DNA from: Macrostomum lignano
Lineage: Eukaryota
Assembly: GCA_002269645.1 (NCBI GenBank)
Contig: NIVC01004017.1
Location: 271-64,270, forward strand
DNA: 64,000 nt
Reading direction: 5' to 3'
The first letter of the stretch is position 1. The number at the start of each line of letters is the position of its first letter. Position numbers and translations under genes: made by a program. Under the pieces are notes generated by a model. That model did no database searches and was not told the origin of the DNA. It saw nothing but the letters and a program-made list of their open reading frames with translations. Positions 1 through 13,300 of the stretch are shown in pieces.

Positions 1-406
1 GAGTCGATCTCCGGCAGCCGCGGTGCCAATGCCGTGATCTCTGAACACCTCAGCGCGGAGCCTAGCGACACCAGATCCAAGTACAGGGCCCGCGTAGTCT
101 GCGTAGCTTAGCGGCGGTCCGGTAAGCCGCATACCGGATATAGTTCAGCTCCGTGAGGCTCTGCATCAGCTCGGCCATGATCGGATGATCCCAGCTGGTT
201 TCTCGGGTGTCGGCATTGCGATAATAGGGAAGCTGACTACGTTAGGATGAAGCATTCGTTGCCAAGGAGGTCGGACGCTGTTAGATACGGCTGGATGAGC
301 TGTCTGTTGATGCTGCTGTTGCTGTTGCTGTTGTACAGAATGCACAGAGCCTGTCATGGAAGCGTAGGATGCAGTCATGACATTGGGAACTAAAGACTGT
401 CTTTGC

Positions 407-437
<31 letters not shown>

Positions 438-1040
438 GCTGTTGTTGTTGTTGTTGTTGTTGTTGTTGCTGTTGCTCTCGAAGATTAGCCAACAGACCGC
501 ACCGATGTTCAATAGCCGATCGCATGCTCATAACCTGCTGTCTAATATAGTTTAATCTGCTGGCTAAATCGTGATTGAGAACCACTCGAGCCTCTGACAG
601 TTGCTGAGACTGACGCTCCAGACTGGCTGACAGGCGGGTCAGGGGCTCCAGGGTGCCGCTCAGGAACTCCTGCAGCCTGGCGGGCTCTGAGGCGCACTGG
701 GCTGGGGTCAGCGAGTCCACAGAGGACCAGGCCGCCACTTCACGTTGGGCCGCTGCAGCGGCCGACTCTGCCTGAGCCGCCGTGTCCTCCAGAGCTGCCA
801 GGCCGTGCAGGGCGAGCCGGAGCGACTCCGAGTGCGAGTCGATTCGCGATTCGAGCTCGCGGAATCGGCGATCGAGCTGGCCGATGGACCGGTTGAGCCG
901 GTTGTCAAGGAAGCCAGTCTGCTGCTGCTGCTCGGCGTCAGCTAGGACGGAATCGAGCTCAGGACGTCGGGAGCGAAGTTCGCTGGCGAGGCGTTCGAGC
1001 TCGGGTGTCTGCTCGGATCGAACTGACTCGGCGTCGCCGC
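1..1040 (-). CDS. DMD: Dystrophin exon 23: last spectrin repeats, polyQ hinge 4, WW domain, start of EF-hand region (runs off the window; three -1 frame disruptions)
   Basis: Phase-1 acceptor ccccacttctccag|GC. The frame is open to ..[10 protein letters not shown], then the shifted frames read [46 protein letters not shown] / [14 protein letters not shown] / VFRDHGIG. Confidence 0.88.
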
Positions 1041-2045
1041 CTGGAGAAGTGGGGAGTTTTAATTGAGTTCGATCCCAAGCTGAGATCCCCGATTCATTCA
1101 TTCCCAATTAACTGATCCCCAAGCTGAGATCCCCGATTCATTCATTCCCAATTAACTGATCCCCAAGCTGAGATCCCCGATTCGCTGATCCCCAAGCTGA
1201 AATCCCGATTCTCTGGTCCCCAAGCTGAGATCCCCGATTCAATCATTCCCAATTAACTGGTCCCCAAGCTGAGATCCCCGATTCTCTGATCCCCAAAGCT
1301 GAGATCTCCGATTCTCTGACGCCCCAAGCTGAGATCCCCGATTCTATGATTCCCCAAGCTGAGATCCCCGATTCTCTGGTCCCCAAGCTGAGATCCCCGA
1401 TTCTATGATCCCCCAAGCTGAGATCCCCGATTCTCTGATCCCAAAGCTGAGATCTCCGATTCTCTGACGCCCCAAGCTGAGATCCCCGATTCTATGATCC
1501 CCCAAGCTGAGATCCCCGATTCTCTGGTCCCAAGCTGAGATCCCCGATTCATTCATTTCCAATTAACTGATCCCAAGCTGAGATCCCCGATTCTCTGATC
1601 CCCAAAGCTGAGATCTCCGATTCTCTGACCCCCAAGCTGAGATCCCCGATTTTCAGATTGTCAAGTTGAGATCCTTCAACTCTCAGATCCCCAAGGTGAG
1701 ATTCCCCAACTCTCAGATCCCCAGTCTAAAATCTCACCAAGCAGGAGCTGCTGCTGCCGCAACGCAGCCTCCGCCGTGGCCAGCCAGTCCACCAGCGACT
1801 TGACTCGAACTTGCAGCGCCTGCGACTGGCTTCGCCGACTCCGCCTACTGTGCTGACGCCGGCGAAGATCCTGACGGAGCGGCGTGGCGCGCTGCTGGGC
1901 CAGCTGGGTCCACCGGTGCAGCAGGCTGGCGGCCCGGTTGCACACCGGCTGCTGGTGCTGATGATGGGCGGCCAGCAGCTGCAGCTCGGCGGTGGCCAAC
2001 TCGCATTCAGAGTCGAAGTCCTGTGAGATAGAGTAGTGGGTGTAC

Positions 2046-2105
<60 letters not shown>

Positions 2106-2185
2106 CAGTAGTAGTAATAGTAGTAGTATTAATATTAGTACTTAGTAGTAGTAGTAGTAGTAGTATTAGTATTAGTATTAGTACT

Positions 2186-2242
<57 letters not shown>

Positions 2243-2285
2243 CAGTAGTAGTAATAGTAGTAGTATTAGTATTAGTACTAGTACT

Positions 2286-2329
<44 letters not shown>

Positions 2330-5300
2330 TAGTAGTAGCAGTAGTAGTATCAAAAAGAACAATAGAGCAGCACTACAGCACAGGTACAAAATGTCTCACC
2401 TTCAGCTGACCGGCCAGCCGCCTCTCTTCCTCAGTTAATTCGGCCAGCTCATCAGCTGCGGCGGCGCCAGCATCTTCATTCTCTTCATCGTCGGCAACGC
2501 CGCTAGAAGACGTCGCCAGTGAATCTTCCCTTAGCGGCGTCAACGGTAGCGAGACCTCCCAGTGCCGGAGTCGAGCCTCGGACTTATCCAGCCTGCCGAT
2601 CGCTTCCATGGAGATTGGCGGCTGAGCGGTGCCGCCGCCGACAACTCGCTCCCGAGACGACTGACGAACCGGCGGAGTTGGCGGCGCGTCGGGCCGGCGA
2701 TGAGGCGGAGGCTTCGGTGGCAGCTTCGGCTGCTGCTGCTGCTGACGCTTCCGCTCCGCCAGACGCAGTCGGGCCTGCCTAAGCCGGTCCAGACGCTCCC
2801 GCATCGGTTCCGTGTTCTCTTTCGAATGCTTGACGCACAGCTGGGCACCTGAGTCGATGGCGGCACCCAGCTGGCTGTCCAGATCGTCCAGTCCAGTTGC
2901 TGAATCCGGCGACAGGCACTCCAGCAGCGACTCCAGGTGCTGGCAGTTCTGCTCCCATTGCCGGAGCTCGATGGCGGTCTCTTCCATGGCAATGCGCCGC
3001 TGGTGCAGACCCGACTCCGCCGCCTCCCAGCTGGACACTACGCTGGAGACTGTAGGATTGGCAGAGTGATAGGACTGAATCACACTACTGTACTGAGTAG
3101 TAGTAGTTTAGAGGGCATGCGCGGCCGGTGGGTTGTCCTGAGATTTACACCCATGAAGGCCAACCCCCTGACGGCGCAGAGAGTGTACATGCCTGCGTAC
3201 AGTATTAGCGCGCTTCTATATTGAAGTTATTTTCAAGCGCATTCCCGATGCTTAATTTCAAGATTCCGTGAGCCAATTAACAAGTGTAGCTGCATTTGGA
3301 ACAGAAATTATTAAACAGAATTGGAACTACAGAGAGCAGTAGTAGATAAGCTATAGACCAGCAAAACTGGTCAAGTGAATCCAACAACCAAACTCAATTA
3401 CTTAATTCTCTATCTCCTCCCTAGCTACAGACCAACTGCTACACCTCAAGCTCTAGTGAAATATGAGACAGATAGCTCCAGAAGAGAATACCAACCGGAT
3501 TGCCATTCTGTCCTGGTCCGTGTGTCTTTACTCTATTCCCAATGGGGATCGAGAGAGTAATGGAGAGCGCTATAGACCGATCCAGTGAGCGAGGGGCGGG
3601 GAGTAGTAAGCTCGCGGAAAGCTCGGCGTCAGGAGAAAGATGCGACGAGTTGATTAAATTTTATTTCCTGCTTCGCAAAACGAAATCCGCCTCCGCATGC
3701 AGCTTCCCACGCATGGCAGTTTCTTATCTATGATCTCACTTTTATTATGCTTTCTTATTTTTTGCAAGATACTATAAGGGCGTGTTTTTGTCCAGCGCGA
3801 CTAAGCTTTCGATACATATCGACGACACTAGATAATTTTCATAGACAGATAATAAAAGTCTTCTAATGTTTCTTTTGGCAAGCTCAAAATACCCGAATCA
3901 AGCAAAGATGCCAAGAATTTACGCGAGGAATGAAAAACTCACCAAGGTCAAAAACAATGTCTTAGAAACGTTTATCGCACAACTGGTCGCACAAATTCGC
4001 ATTTTTTTGTTGAATAATGCGAAACTAAAAAAAGACCAACAAGCCAATTTTTAGCAGGCGCGAGTTTGGACTACATTTTTTTCTATTTCAATTTTGTTGA
4101 AGAGACTTAATTATATTTAAGTTATTCATAAGGCTTTTTTTACTGAGTTTAAGTCTTGTGCGCAAGCCTTTCCGCCGATCTTGTACCTGGGGTCCGTCTC
4201 CTCTCTCTATCTCTCTCTCTCTCTATTTCCCTGTCTATCTCGCGCCTCACTCATCTCCAACCGCACAAACACCGCGCTTCTCCTGAAGCAGCCAGTAGCG
4301 TCGGCATCAGCATCATGCTCTTCCCCAGCCAGTCCTGTCGCCGTCTTCCCCTTCTCCCTCCCTCTCCCTTTCCTTTCTTCGATGCCTTCCTTTCCATCGC
4401 CGAGGATGGGGGTTAAACCAGAGCACCCTCTCCTCCCATTTTTTTCTAACACCGTCTATGCGCATGAGAAGAAAAACGAGCAAAAAGAGGCTGAGGGGGG
4501 ATAGGAAAAACCCTTAAGCTCCATCAACCCCCTGCCACCCCCATCCTTTCGTAGTTTCCACAACGCATCTCTGCTCTGGCGGCAGCGAAGGAAAAGAGAG
4601 GAACAGTGAGAGAGATGATAAAACCTAGCCAGCCAGCTTTATATTTTCCAAATTCTCTCGCTCTGTCTTCTAACTCAAGAGGGGGACTTGAGAAACGAAA
4701 AAACACAGCATATAGAAGAGAGGGATGTTAAAAAAATTGGAATCAGAGAAAGTTGAATCCTTCAGAAGTCCACCCTGAGCCGCCTTAGAGAGCGACTTTT
4801 TTCTCTCGCCTTTCAAATGCCATAACATCATCTCATCCTGTCAGCTGTGAAGTCAAGACAAAAAAATAAGTCAAGACGGGGACTTTTGACACGGGAAAAA
4901 GCTCTTAAGACCTTCTTTGTTACTTTTGGTCGATCCGATTTGGTTCAACTCCGGTTGTCTGTTTCAATTCTAGAATTCCAGATTTTATAGAGATTTTTTG
5001 CGAAATGAAACAAGAGACGCAAGACAGAAAAGCTAATCAAATTAATAAACAGCAATGACCTGTTATTAAAAGGAAACAGAAACGTGACAGCCGCCAAATA
5101 CGAAAGGACCCAGGATTTTTTATCATCAATGAAATAAGAACGTTGGCATAAGGAAACAATTACAACTGCAGAACAGACTATCCACCGTGTGTGGGCAAGA
5201 GGCCCGAGAATGAAGATGAAAAATGGAAACAATCACAGGGCACAACAGAGCATGACGGCCTGCTTTAAATACGGAACTACAACTCCGAAAAGGTGTAAAA

Positions 5301-8300
5301 TATGAGGCCTAAAACTCTACAAATAATTTGACGAGGGTCAAAGCAGCTGGCCACAACCCCGTCAAGTAAGTTATTAAATATTCATGCAGCAGAGGCGACG
5401 CTTGGACCAGCATGCATGCGCCAACCGGGCCAGATATTTATTTGGGCCCCCGAGGATCATGTCACGAACTTAAAGACGATCTTTAACGCCTTGTGTGCAA
5501 GATAGAAGAAATATCCCATACAGACTGCTGCAAGGATCATATCGGCACTGAGGCAAACTCACCAATATAACTGCGACGTTCCGTGAGGCAAGGAAGCTTT
5601 TAAGAGAAAAAAAGTTCTTCCCCTCCCTCTTTCTCTCTATCTCTGAAGTTGAAGGCCAGTCAAGTGTACGAAATTGCTTTCCACAACGTGAGGCCCATGG
5701 AGTCCCGTCTAGAGCCCACTTCCAGTTCACTTATTATTAATCACTTCTTGCATACCGCTGGGATTGCACAGCTTACACTGGTCACACAGAGTCTTACACT
5801 TGTATTGCATAGGCTTCACTGTTTGAACCATCGCTTGGCTACATCCCATCTACGAGTACTATGCAGCAAGCAGAACTCTTGAAAACTTTAAAAAAAAACT
5901 TCGGACCGACCCGGGCATAACAAAGACTAACATATCGTGATTCGTGACAGAAGACCTTGCTTAACCATCAATTATCAGGGAGCAAAACAAGCAATATTAA
6001 TTAATATTTTTTACTAATAGAACATAATTTTTACACCTTTCTCTACGTAATTGGAATTCGTTACAGCAGCAGAATCTCACATCTGATCTAGAACGATCCG
6101 ACTTAGAAAATGACAGCAGAACTTTTTCCTCAAAAATATTGACGCATATAAAGCTACTACTAACGAGTAACCAAACTAGAATATTAGTTTTATCCCAAGA
6201 GTAATGAAAGATGAAGATCTGATTTTTTTCTTGCAAAATATGGCTTGACAAAATTCGTAGAACTTAGTCTATCTTGCAAATCATAGTGGCTAAAGACACG
6301 CCTTGAACTCACCACGGTTCGCATCATTAACAATAGGAAATTCAGCACTTTTTTCTTCATCATCAATAAACGGCCTACGCGAACAAGGCCGACATTCTTC
6401 TGAGCAAGATGAGGCCGCAAAAATTGCCGCGCTAGTGGCGTCAGTAGCCTGACGCATTAACTTCTGCTGACGTAGATGCATTCGTTGTTGGCGCAATTTC
6501 TCGTCGGGACTGCACATTCTGCCACTCTGTCTGGCATTCTGCAAGCTGGGTATCTGGAATGCTGGTGCATGCCTACCAGCCGCCTGTACGTTTGTCTCCG
6601 ATTCTGATCGGCGGAAACGCTTCCCGGACGGCGGGTTTTTATCAATACCAACAACGCTTGAAGCAGAAGATTCGTCCCAACGACGAGAAAACCAATCGGC
6701 TATGCCGGCAGCTATGTGAGCTGATGAAGCGCCATTTGTTGCGTTATTCGAGTCAGCGGAACTACAGCTTCTACTTCTACCGATGCTACACTTCGAAGAT
6801 GAAGACTCCGTAGTAGAGTCATTGGATTGCTCATTTTGATCGGCGTCAGTTTCTGCATCACCGATGTCGCTTTGATCAGAAAACAAACCTAGCGATATAG
6901 TTGAGAATGCCTTAGTGGCTCGATAGACTTGACTCAAAGTTCGCCAGTAGGCAGTCATGGTGTGCAAGCAAGACCGACAGTATCGATAAGGAGAATACAG
7001 GCTCTGCGCGCAGCAAATATGTTATTTTCTTTGCTTACCTTTCTGATTTATTACCTAGGCCAGCTGAGCCTTGGTCCAATAATAAAGAAGCGAGCTAAGT
7101 GTATATCTATGCACAGGAGTTCTGTCAGACTTGAAACTCTGTGATTGGACGAATCAAATCGTGCCGACAAACCTCTTTCAGCAGGGTGGCTGTATTCGAA
7201 TATTATACATGCTTTTATACCAATTTCTAATTAAATACATTATTCGAAGCAATGCAGTTTATTCGTCACATATCTACCAAAAATCGTGACGATTTTCATA
7301 ACGACTCCAAAAAACGACATGGAGACCTTTTTATAGCATTTCAAGGTGGTTTCTAAATGAATTTTAAAGCGGCTTTAAAGTGATTCTCGTGAAATTTTCC
7401 GGGTGATTCCCACAGCGACTTTGGAGAGATTCTCATAAAATTTCAGGGTGAATCTCACAGCGACTTTGGAGAGATTCTAATGACATTTCAGGGTGACTCT
7501 CACAGCGACTTTGGAGAGATTCTCATGACATTTCAGGGTGATTCTCACAGCGACTTTTGAAAGATTCTCATAGCATTTCAGGGTGATTCTCATAGCATTT
7601 CAGAGTGATTCTTCTCACAGCGACTTTGGAGAGATTCTCATGACATTTCAGGGTGATTCTCACAGCGACTTTTGAAAGATTCTCATAGCATTTCAGGGTG
7701 ATTCTCATAGCATTTCAGAGTGATTCTTCTCACAGCGACCTTGGAGAGATTCTCATAGCATTTCAGGGTGATTCTCACAGCGACTTTGGAGAGATTTTCA
7801 TAGCATTTCAGGGTGATTCTCATAGTATTTCAGGGTGATTCTCATAGCATTTCAGGGTGATTCTTATAGCGACTTTGGAGAGATTCTCGTTAAAATTTCA
7901 GGGTGATTCTCACAGCGACCTTGGAGAGATTCTCATAGCATTTCAGGGTGATTCTCACAGCGACTTTGGAGAGATTTTCATAGCATTTCAGGGTGATTCT
8001 CATAGCATTTCAGGGTGATTCTCATAGCATTTCAGGGTGATTCTTATAGCGACTTTGGAGAGATTCTCGTTAAAATTTGAGGGTGATTCTCACAGCGACT
8101 TTGGAGAGATTCTCATAGCATTTCAGGGTGATTCTCACAGCGACTTTGGAGAGATTCTCATAGCATTTCAGGGTGATTCTCATAGCATTTCAGGGTGATT
8201 CTTATAGCGACTTTGGAGAGATTCTCGTTAAAATTTCAGGGTGATTCTCACAGCGACCTTGGAGAGATTCTCATAGCATTTCAGGGTGATTCTCACAGCG

Positions 8301-9913
8301 ACTTTTGAAAGATTCTCATGATATTTCAGGGTGATTCTCACAGTGAATTTGGAGTGTTTCTCATTACCTTTCAGGGTGACTCTCACAGCGACTTTGGAGA
8401 GATTCTCATAGCATTTCAGGGTGATTCTCATAGCATTTCAGGTGATTCTTCTCACAGCGACTTTGGAGAGATTTTCATGACATTTCAGGGTGACTCTCAC
8501 AGCGACTTTGGAGAGATTTTCATGACATTTCAGGGTGACTCTCACAGCGACTTTGGAGAGATTCTCATGACATTTCAGGGTGACTCTCACAGCGACTTTG
8601 GAGAGATTCTCATAACATTTCAGGGTGACTCTCACAGCGACTTTGGAGAGATTTTCATGACATTTCAGGGTGACTCTCACAGCGACTTTGGAGAGATTTT
8701 CATGACATTTCAGGGTGACTCTCACAGCGACTTTGGAGAGATTCTCATAGCATTTCAGGGTGACTCTCACAGCGACTTTGGAGAGATTTTCATGACATTT
8801 CAGGGTGACTCTCACAGCGACTTTGGAGAGATTTTCATGACATTTCAGGGTGACTCTCACAGCGACTTTGGAGAGATTCTCATAGCATTTCAGAGTGACT
8901 CTCACAGCGACTTTGGAGAGATTCTCATGACATTTCAGGGTGACTCTCACAGCGACTTTGGAGAGATTCTCATGACATTTCAGGGTGACTCTCACAGCGA
9001 CTTTGGAGAGATTCTCATAACATTTCAGGGTGACTCTCACAGCGACTTTGGAGAGATTCTCATAACATTTCAGGGTGACTCTCACAGCGACTTTGGAGAG
9101 ATTCTCATGACATTTCAGGGTGACTCTCACAGCGACTTTGGAGAGATTCTCATAACATTTCAGGGTGACTCTCACAGCGACTTTGGAGAGATTCTCATAG
9201 CATTTCAGAGTGATTTTCATAGCGACGTTGGAGAGATTCTCGTAAAAATTTCTGGGTGATTCTCACAGCGACTTTGGAGAGATTCTCATAGCATTTCAGG
9301 GTGATTCTCATAGCGACTTTAAGGCGATTCTCGAGGAGAATTTATCGATTCATTGATACTTTTTTCTCTTTAAAGCCATTGTAACAAAGCTAGCTTGTTG
9401 GAGAAATATGATGCAAAAAAACTGATTGATACAATCAGAGCTTCTCAGCAGCAGCTACACAAGCCTGTTGATATCAGCTTTCCACATGTGACGCATATAA
9501 GCTTTATAAACAGGCAGTTAGCAGATCCTGCCGCATTGACTCGAACGCTCTCGTGTTCCAGCCTTATAATAATCAGTGTCGTGCAAACAAAACAGATTGA
9601 AACGTGTCAAATTAGCTTCTAGAGATACACCTGCGTGAAAGTACAATAGCTGCTAGTTAAATCCAGCGTTTAATTTGTACTCGGGACAGAAAACACAGCA
9701 GAAACTTTTGCAATGGGAATTATTGATACTAGCCACTACTAAGAACTGAGACTAATAGATTCAGATGTTTGTCTCTATCAGCCACTCTTGTCTATCAGTG
9801 TTTGTGGTCTGTCTATCTTTTGTGTCTACGTGACTTAGTCACTGACCCTCCGTCTGTTTGGACTGCCTTATAGTGTCTGCCTGCCTGTCTGTCTGCCTGT
9901 CTGTCTGTCTGCC

Positions 9914-9950
<37 letters not shown>

Positions 9951-9981
9951 GCCTGCCTGTCTGTCTGCCTGTCTGTCTGCC

Positions 9982-10079
<98 letters not shown>

Positions 10080-10141
10080 AGTGTCTGTCTGTCTGTCTTA
10101 GTGTCTGTCTGTCTGTCTTAGTGTCTGTCTGTCTGTCTTAG

Positions 10142-10202
<61 letters not shown>

Positions 10203-10329
10203 GCCTGTCTGTCTGCCTGCCTGTCTAAGTGTCTGTCTGTCTGTCTTAGTGTCTGCCTGCCTGTCTAAGTGTCTGTCTGTCTGTCTTAGTGTCTGTCTGT
10301 CTGTCTAAGTGTCTGTCTGTCTGTCTTAG

Positions 10330-10366
<37 letters not shown>

Positions 10367-13300
10367 GTCTGTCTGCCTGTCTGTCTATCTGTCTGTCTGC
10401 CTCTGTCTGTCTGTCTGTCTGTCTGTCTGCCTAATTAGTATCTGTCTGTCTGTCTGTCTGCCTTCCTGCCTGCCTGTCTGTCTGTCCAACTTCTATGTGC
10501 TCTTTTAGTTAAAGTACATGTATGCAAGAAGAAAAAGCACTACAATACAATTCTTAATCGATATTTTAAGTTATATCGTACTTCATATTTGAGATCTGTG
10601 TCATAAGCGAGGAAAAAGGTCCTCCTAGCCAAAATTGTACTTTGTGCAAGAATTCTACACGGGTAAGGAGCCATTGCACTAATTGCGTAAGATATTCCAA
10701 ATTAGGAATGTTAATTTAACTTGACACCTACTCTGTCGATTTCATCCAGAAAGTGTGTGAGAGAGAGCGAAGGAGGTTAACAGCTAATAACTGAGAGCTG
10801 AATTTCTTCTTACAGTAGTTTAATTAAAAAAGTAATAAGTCACAAAGAAATACAGATATTGATATTATTTCTTTGCATTGACCTGATTACGTACACCACA
10901 TAAATATAAGCGCAAATTTGTAAAGAATGTGAATTTGATACTTTATTAATAAGAGAAGCTTTTTTAATTAGATTATTCACTGTGCAACTCTCATATCTAC
11001 AAGTTTTTTAAAAGATTCTCATATGGGATTCAGGGCGATTCTCATATGAGATTCAGGGCGATTCTCATATGAGATTCAGGGCGATTCTTATATGAGTTTC
11101 AGGGCGATTCTCATATGAGATTCAGAGCGATTCTCATATGAGATTCAGGACGATTCTCATATGAGATTCAGGGTGATGCTCATGAGATTCAGGGTGATTC
11201 TCATATGAGATTCAGGGTGATTCTCATATAGGATTCAAGGCGATTCTCATATAGGATTCAAGGCGATTCTCATGAGATTCAGGGCGATTTTCACAGCGAA
11301 TCGAAAATCGAATCCTAAAGCATCAAGAACCGATTAAAGCGCATTAAGCCCCAAACAAAGACCAATATACTCACCTTGAGTATTGTAAGGAAAATTCTGT
11401 TTCCTCCGCAATAGAGTCTTGACTTCACGCAGACCGTCTCTGCGAGACTCCAGCTCGTTGATGTAGTTCTTCACTTTCACCAGGGCATCGTTCGGGCTTA
11501 AGCTGTCCACGCTGGCTATGGACTGACGGGACAGGTCTGACTGGAACAGTGAGATTGAGTTTTAGCGTGTTCTTTCTGCACTACTTATTTAAGGCGATTG
11601 AGTAGAAATTAGGGTTTTTTAGAACTTTTTTCTACAGATGCATACAGCAGGAAAAGGTTCAGTGGTTTTTGAGTGACATTTAGTGAACTCAAAAGAACAT
11701 ATTCTAGTGATCACAGATGGTAAACTCATTCACTTTACACACCGTGTGAACTCAAGTGAATCATTTTTTTACAGGCGTGGTAACTACCAGTATGAATTTA
11801 GAATAGATCAATTTTCTTTTTGGATTCAAGGCGATTCTCATATGGGATTCGGGGCGACTCTCAGATGAGATTCAGGGCGACTCTTACATGAGATTCAGGG
11901 CGATTCTCACATGAGATTCAGGGCGACTCTCAGATGATATTCAGGGCGACTTTCAGATGAGATTCAGGGCGACTCTCAGATGAGATTCAGGGCGATTTCC
12001 ACATGAGATTCAGGGCAATTCTCACATGAGATTCAGGGCGACTTTCAGATGAGATTCAGGGCGATTCTCATATGAGATTCAGGGCGATTCTCACATGAGA
12101 TTCAGGGCGATTCTCACATGAGATTCAGGGCGACTCTCAGATGAGATTCAGGGCGACTTTCAGATGAGATTCAGGGCGATTCTCATGAGATTCAGGGCGA
12201 CTCTCAGATGAGATTCAGGGCGATTCTCACATGAGATTCAGGGCGACTTTCAGATGAGATTCAGGGCGATTCTCATGAGATTCAGGGCGACTCTAAGATG
12301 AGATTCAGGGCGATTCTCACATGAGATTCAGGGCAATTCTCACATGAGATTCAGGGCGACTCTCACATGAGATTCAGGGCGACTTTCAGATGAAATTCAG
12401 GGCGATTCTCACATGAGATTCAGGGCGACTCTCACATGAGATTCAGGGCGACTCTCATATGAAATTCAGGGCGATTCTCACATGAGATTCAAGGCGACTC
12501 TCACATGAGATTCAGGGCAATTCTCACATGAGATTCAGGGCGACTCTCACATGAGATTCAGGGCAATTCTCACATGAGATTCAGGGCGACTCTCACATGA
12601 GATTCAGGGCGATTCTCACATGAGATTCAGGGCGACTCTCACATGAGATTCAGGGCAATTCTCACATGAGATTCAGGGCGACTCTCACATGAGATTCAGG
12701 GCAATTCTCACATGAGATTCAGGCGACTCTCATATGAGATTCAGGGCGACTCTCACATGAGATTCAAATGCAACTCACGTCATCGCAGTCTGGCAGTTTG
12801 CCAATAGTAATTCGTTGATTCTTCAAAAAATGATGAATTTTCTCCAGCCAGGCAGCCAAATGATGGAGCGACTGCGGATCAAATACTGGCGATGGGGAGG
12901 CTGAAGATGACGATAGAGGAGCAGCAGATGAGGACACAGTTTGAGGTCGTTGAGGCGTAATCGCGCTGGGACTCGCCGATTGGTTGGCCTCGGTGTACAT
13001 AGCAACTAGTCGCAGCCAATCACTGGCTAGTGAGCGCATTCGAGTTTTTAACGAGTCGCTGACTCCACAGTCGCTGGCATTGTCCGGCCGGCCGTCCAGC
13101 ATAGTTGAGTACCGTTCGGTTAATAATCGATACTCGGTCTCTCGGTCGGACCAGTCTCTCGGGCTGATGTCCACCAGGGCCAGACGCTGCTCCGACGTCA
13201 TGTCGCCAACCTGAGAAGTTGGAGTGCTGACCAGCTGGTTGGCTATCCAAGACTCCAGGTCGTCTAGAGAGGCTTGGAACGCTTCTAGAGAGCAGATGTC

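Noticed and set aside
233-240. 8-nt GT...AG micro-intron (GTAGTCAG) that would restore the WW frame
   Set aside because: It is far below the minimum spliceosomal intron size. Two further -1 lesions nearby lack GT-AG, which points to sequence error or decay.
40-240. Programmed ribosomal frameshifting in the WW/EF region
   Set aside because: There are no slippery heptamers or stimulators at the junctions, and three events in 200 nt are implausible.
4207-4452. ORF with an internal phase-1 GTGAGG donor compatible with acceptor 3049
   Set aside because: It has no upstream ATG or convincing acceptor, and the sequence is purine-rich and low in complexity.
8228-9259. Long periodic ORFs on both strands
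   Set aside because: A 45-bp unit is a multiple of 3 and gives stop-free frames by chance. The array is intronic satellite.
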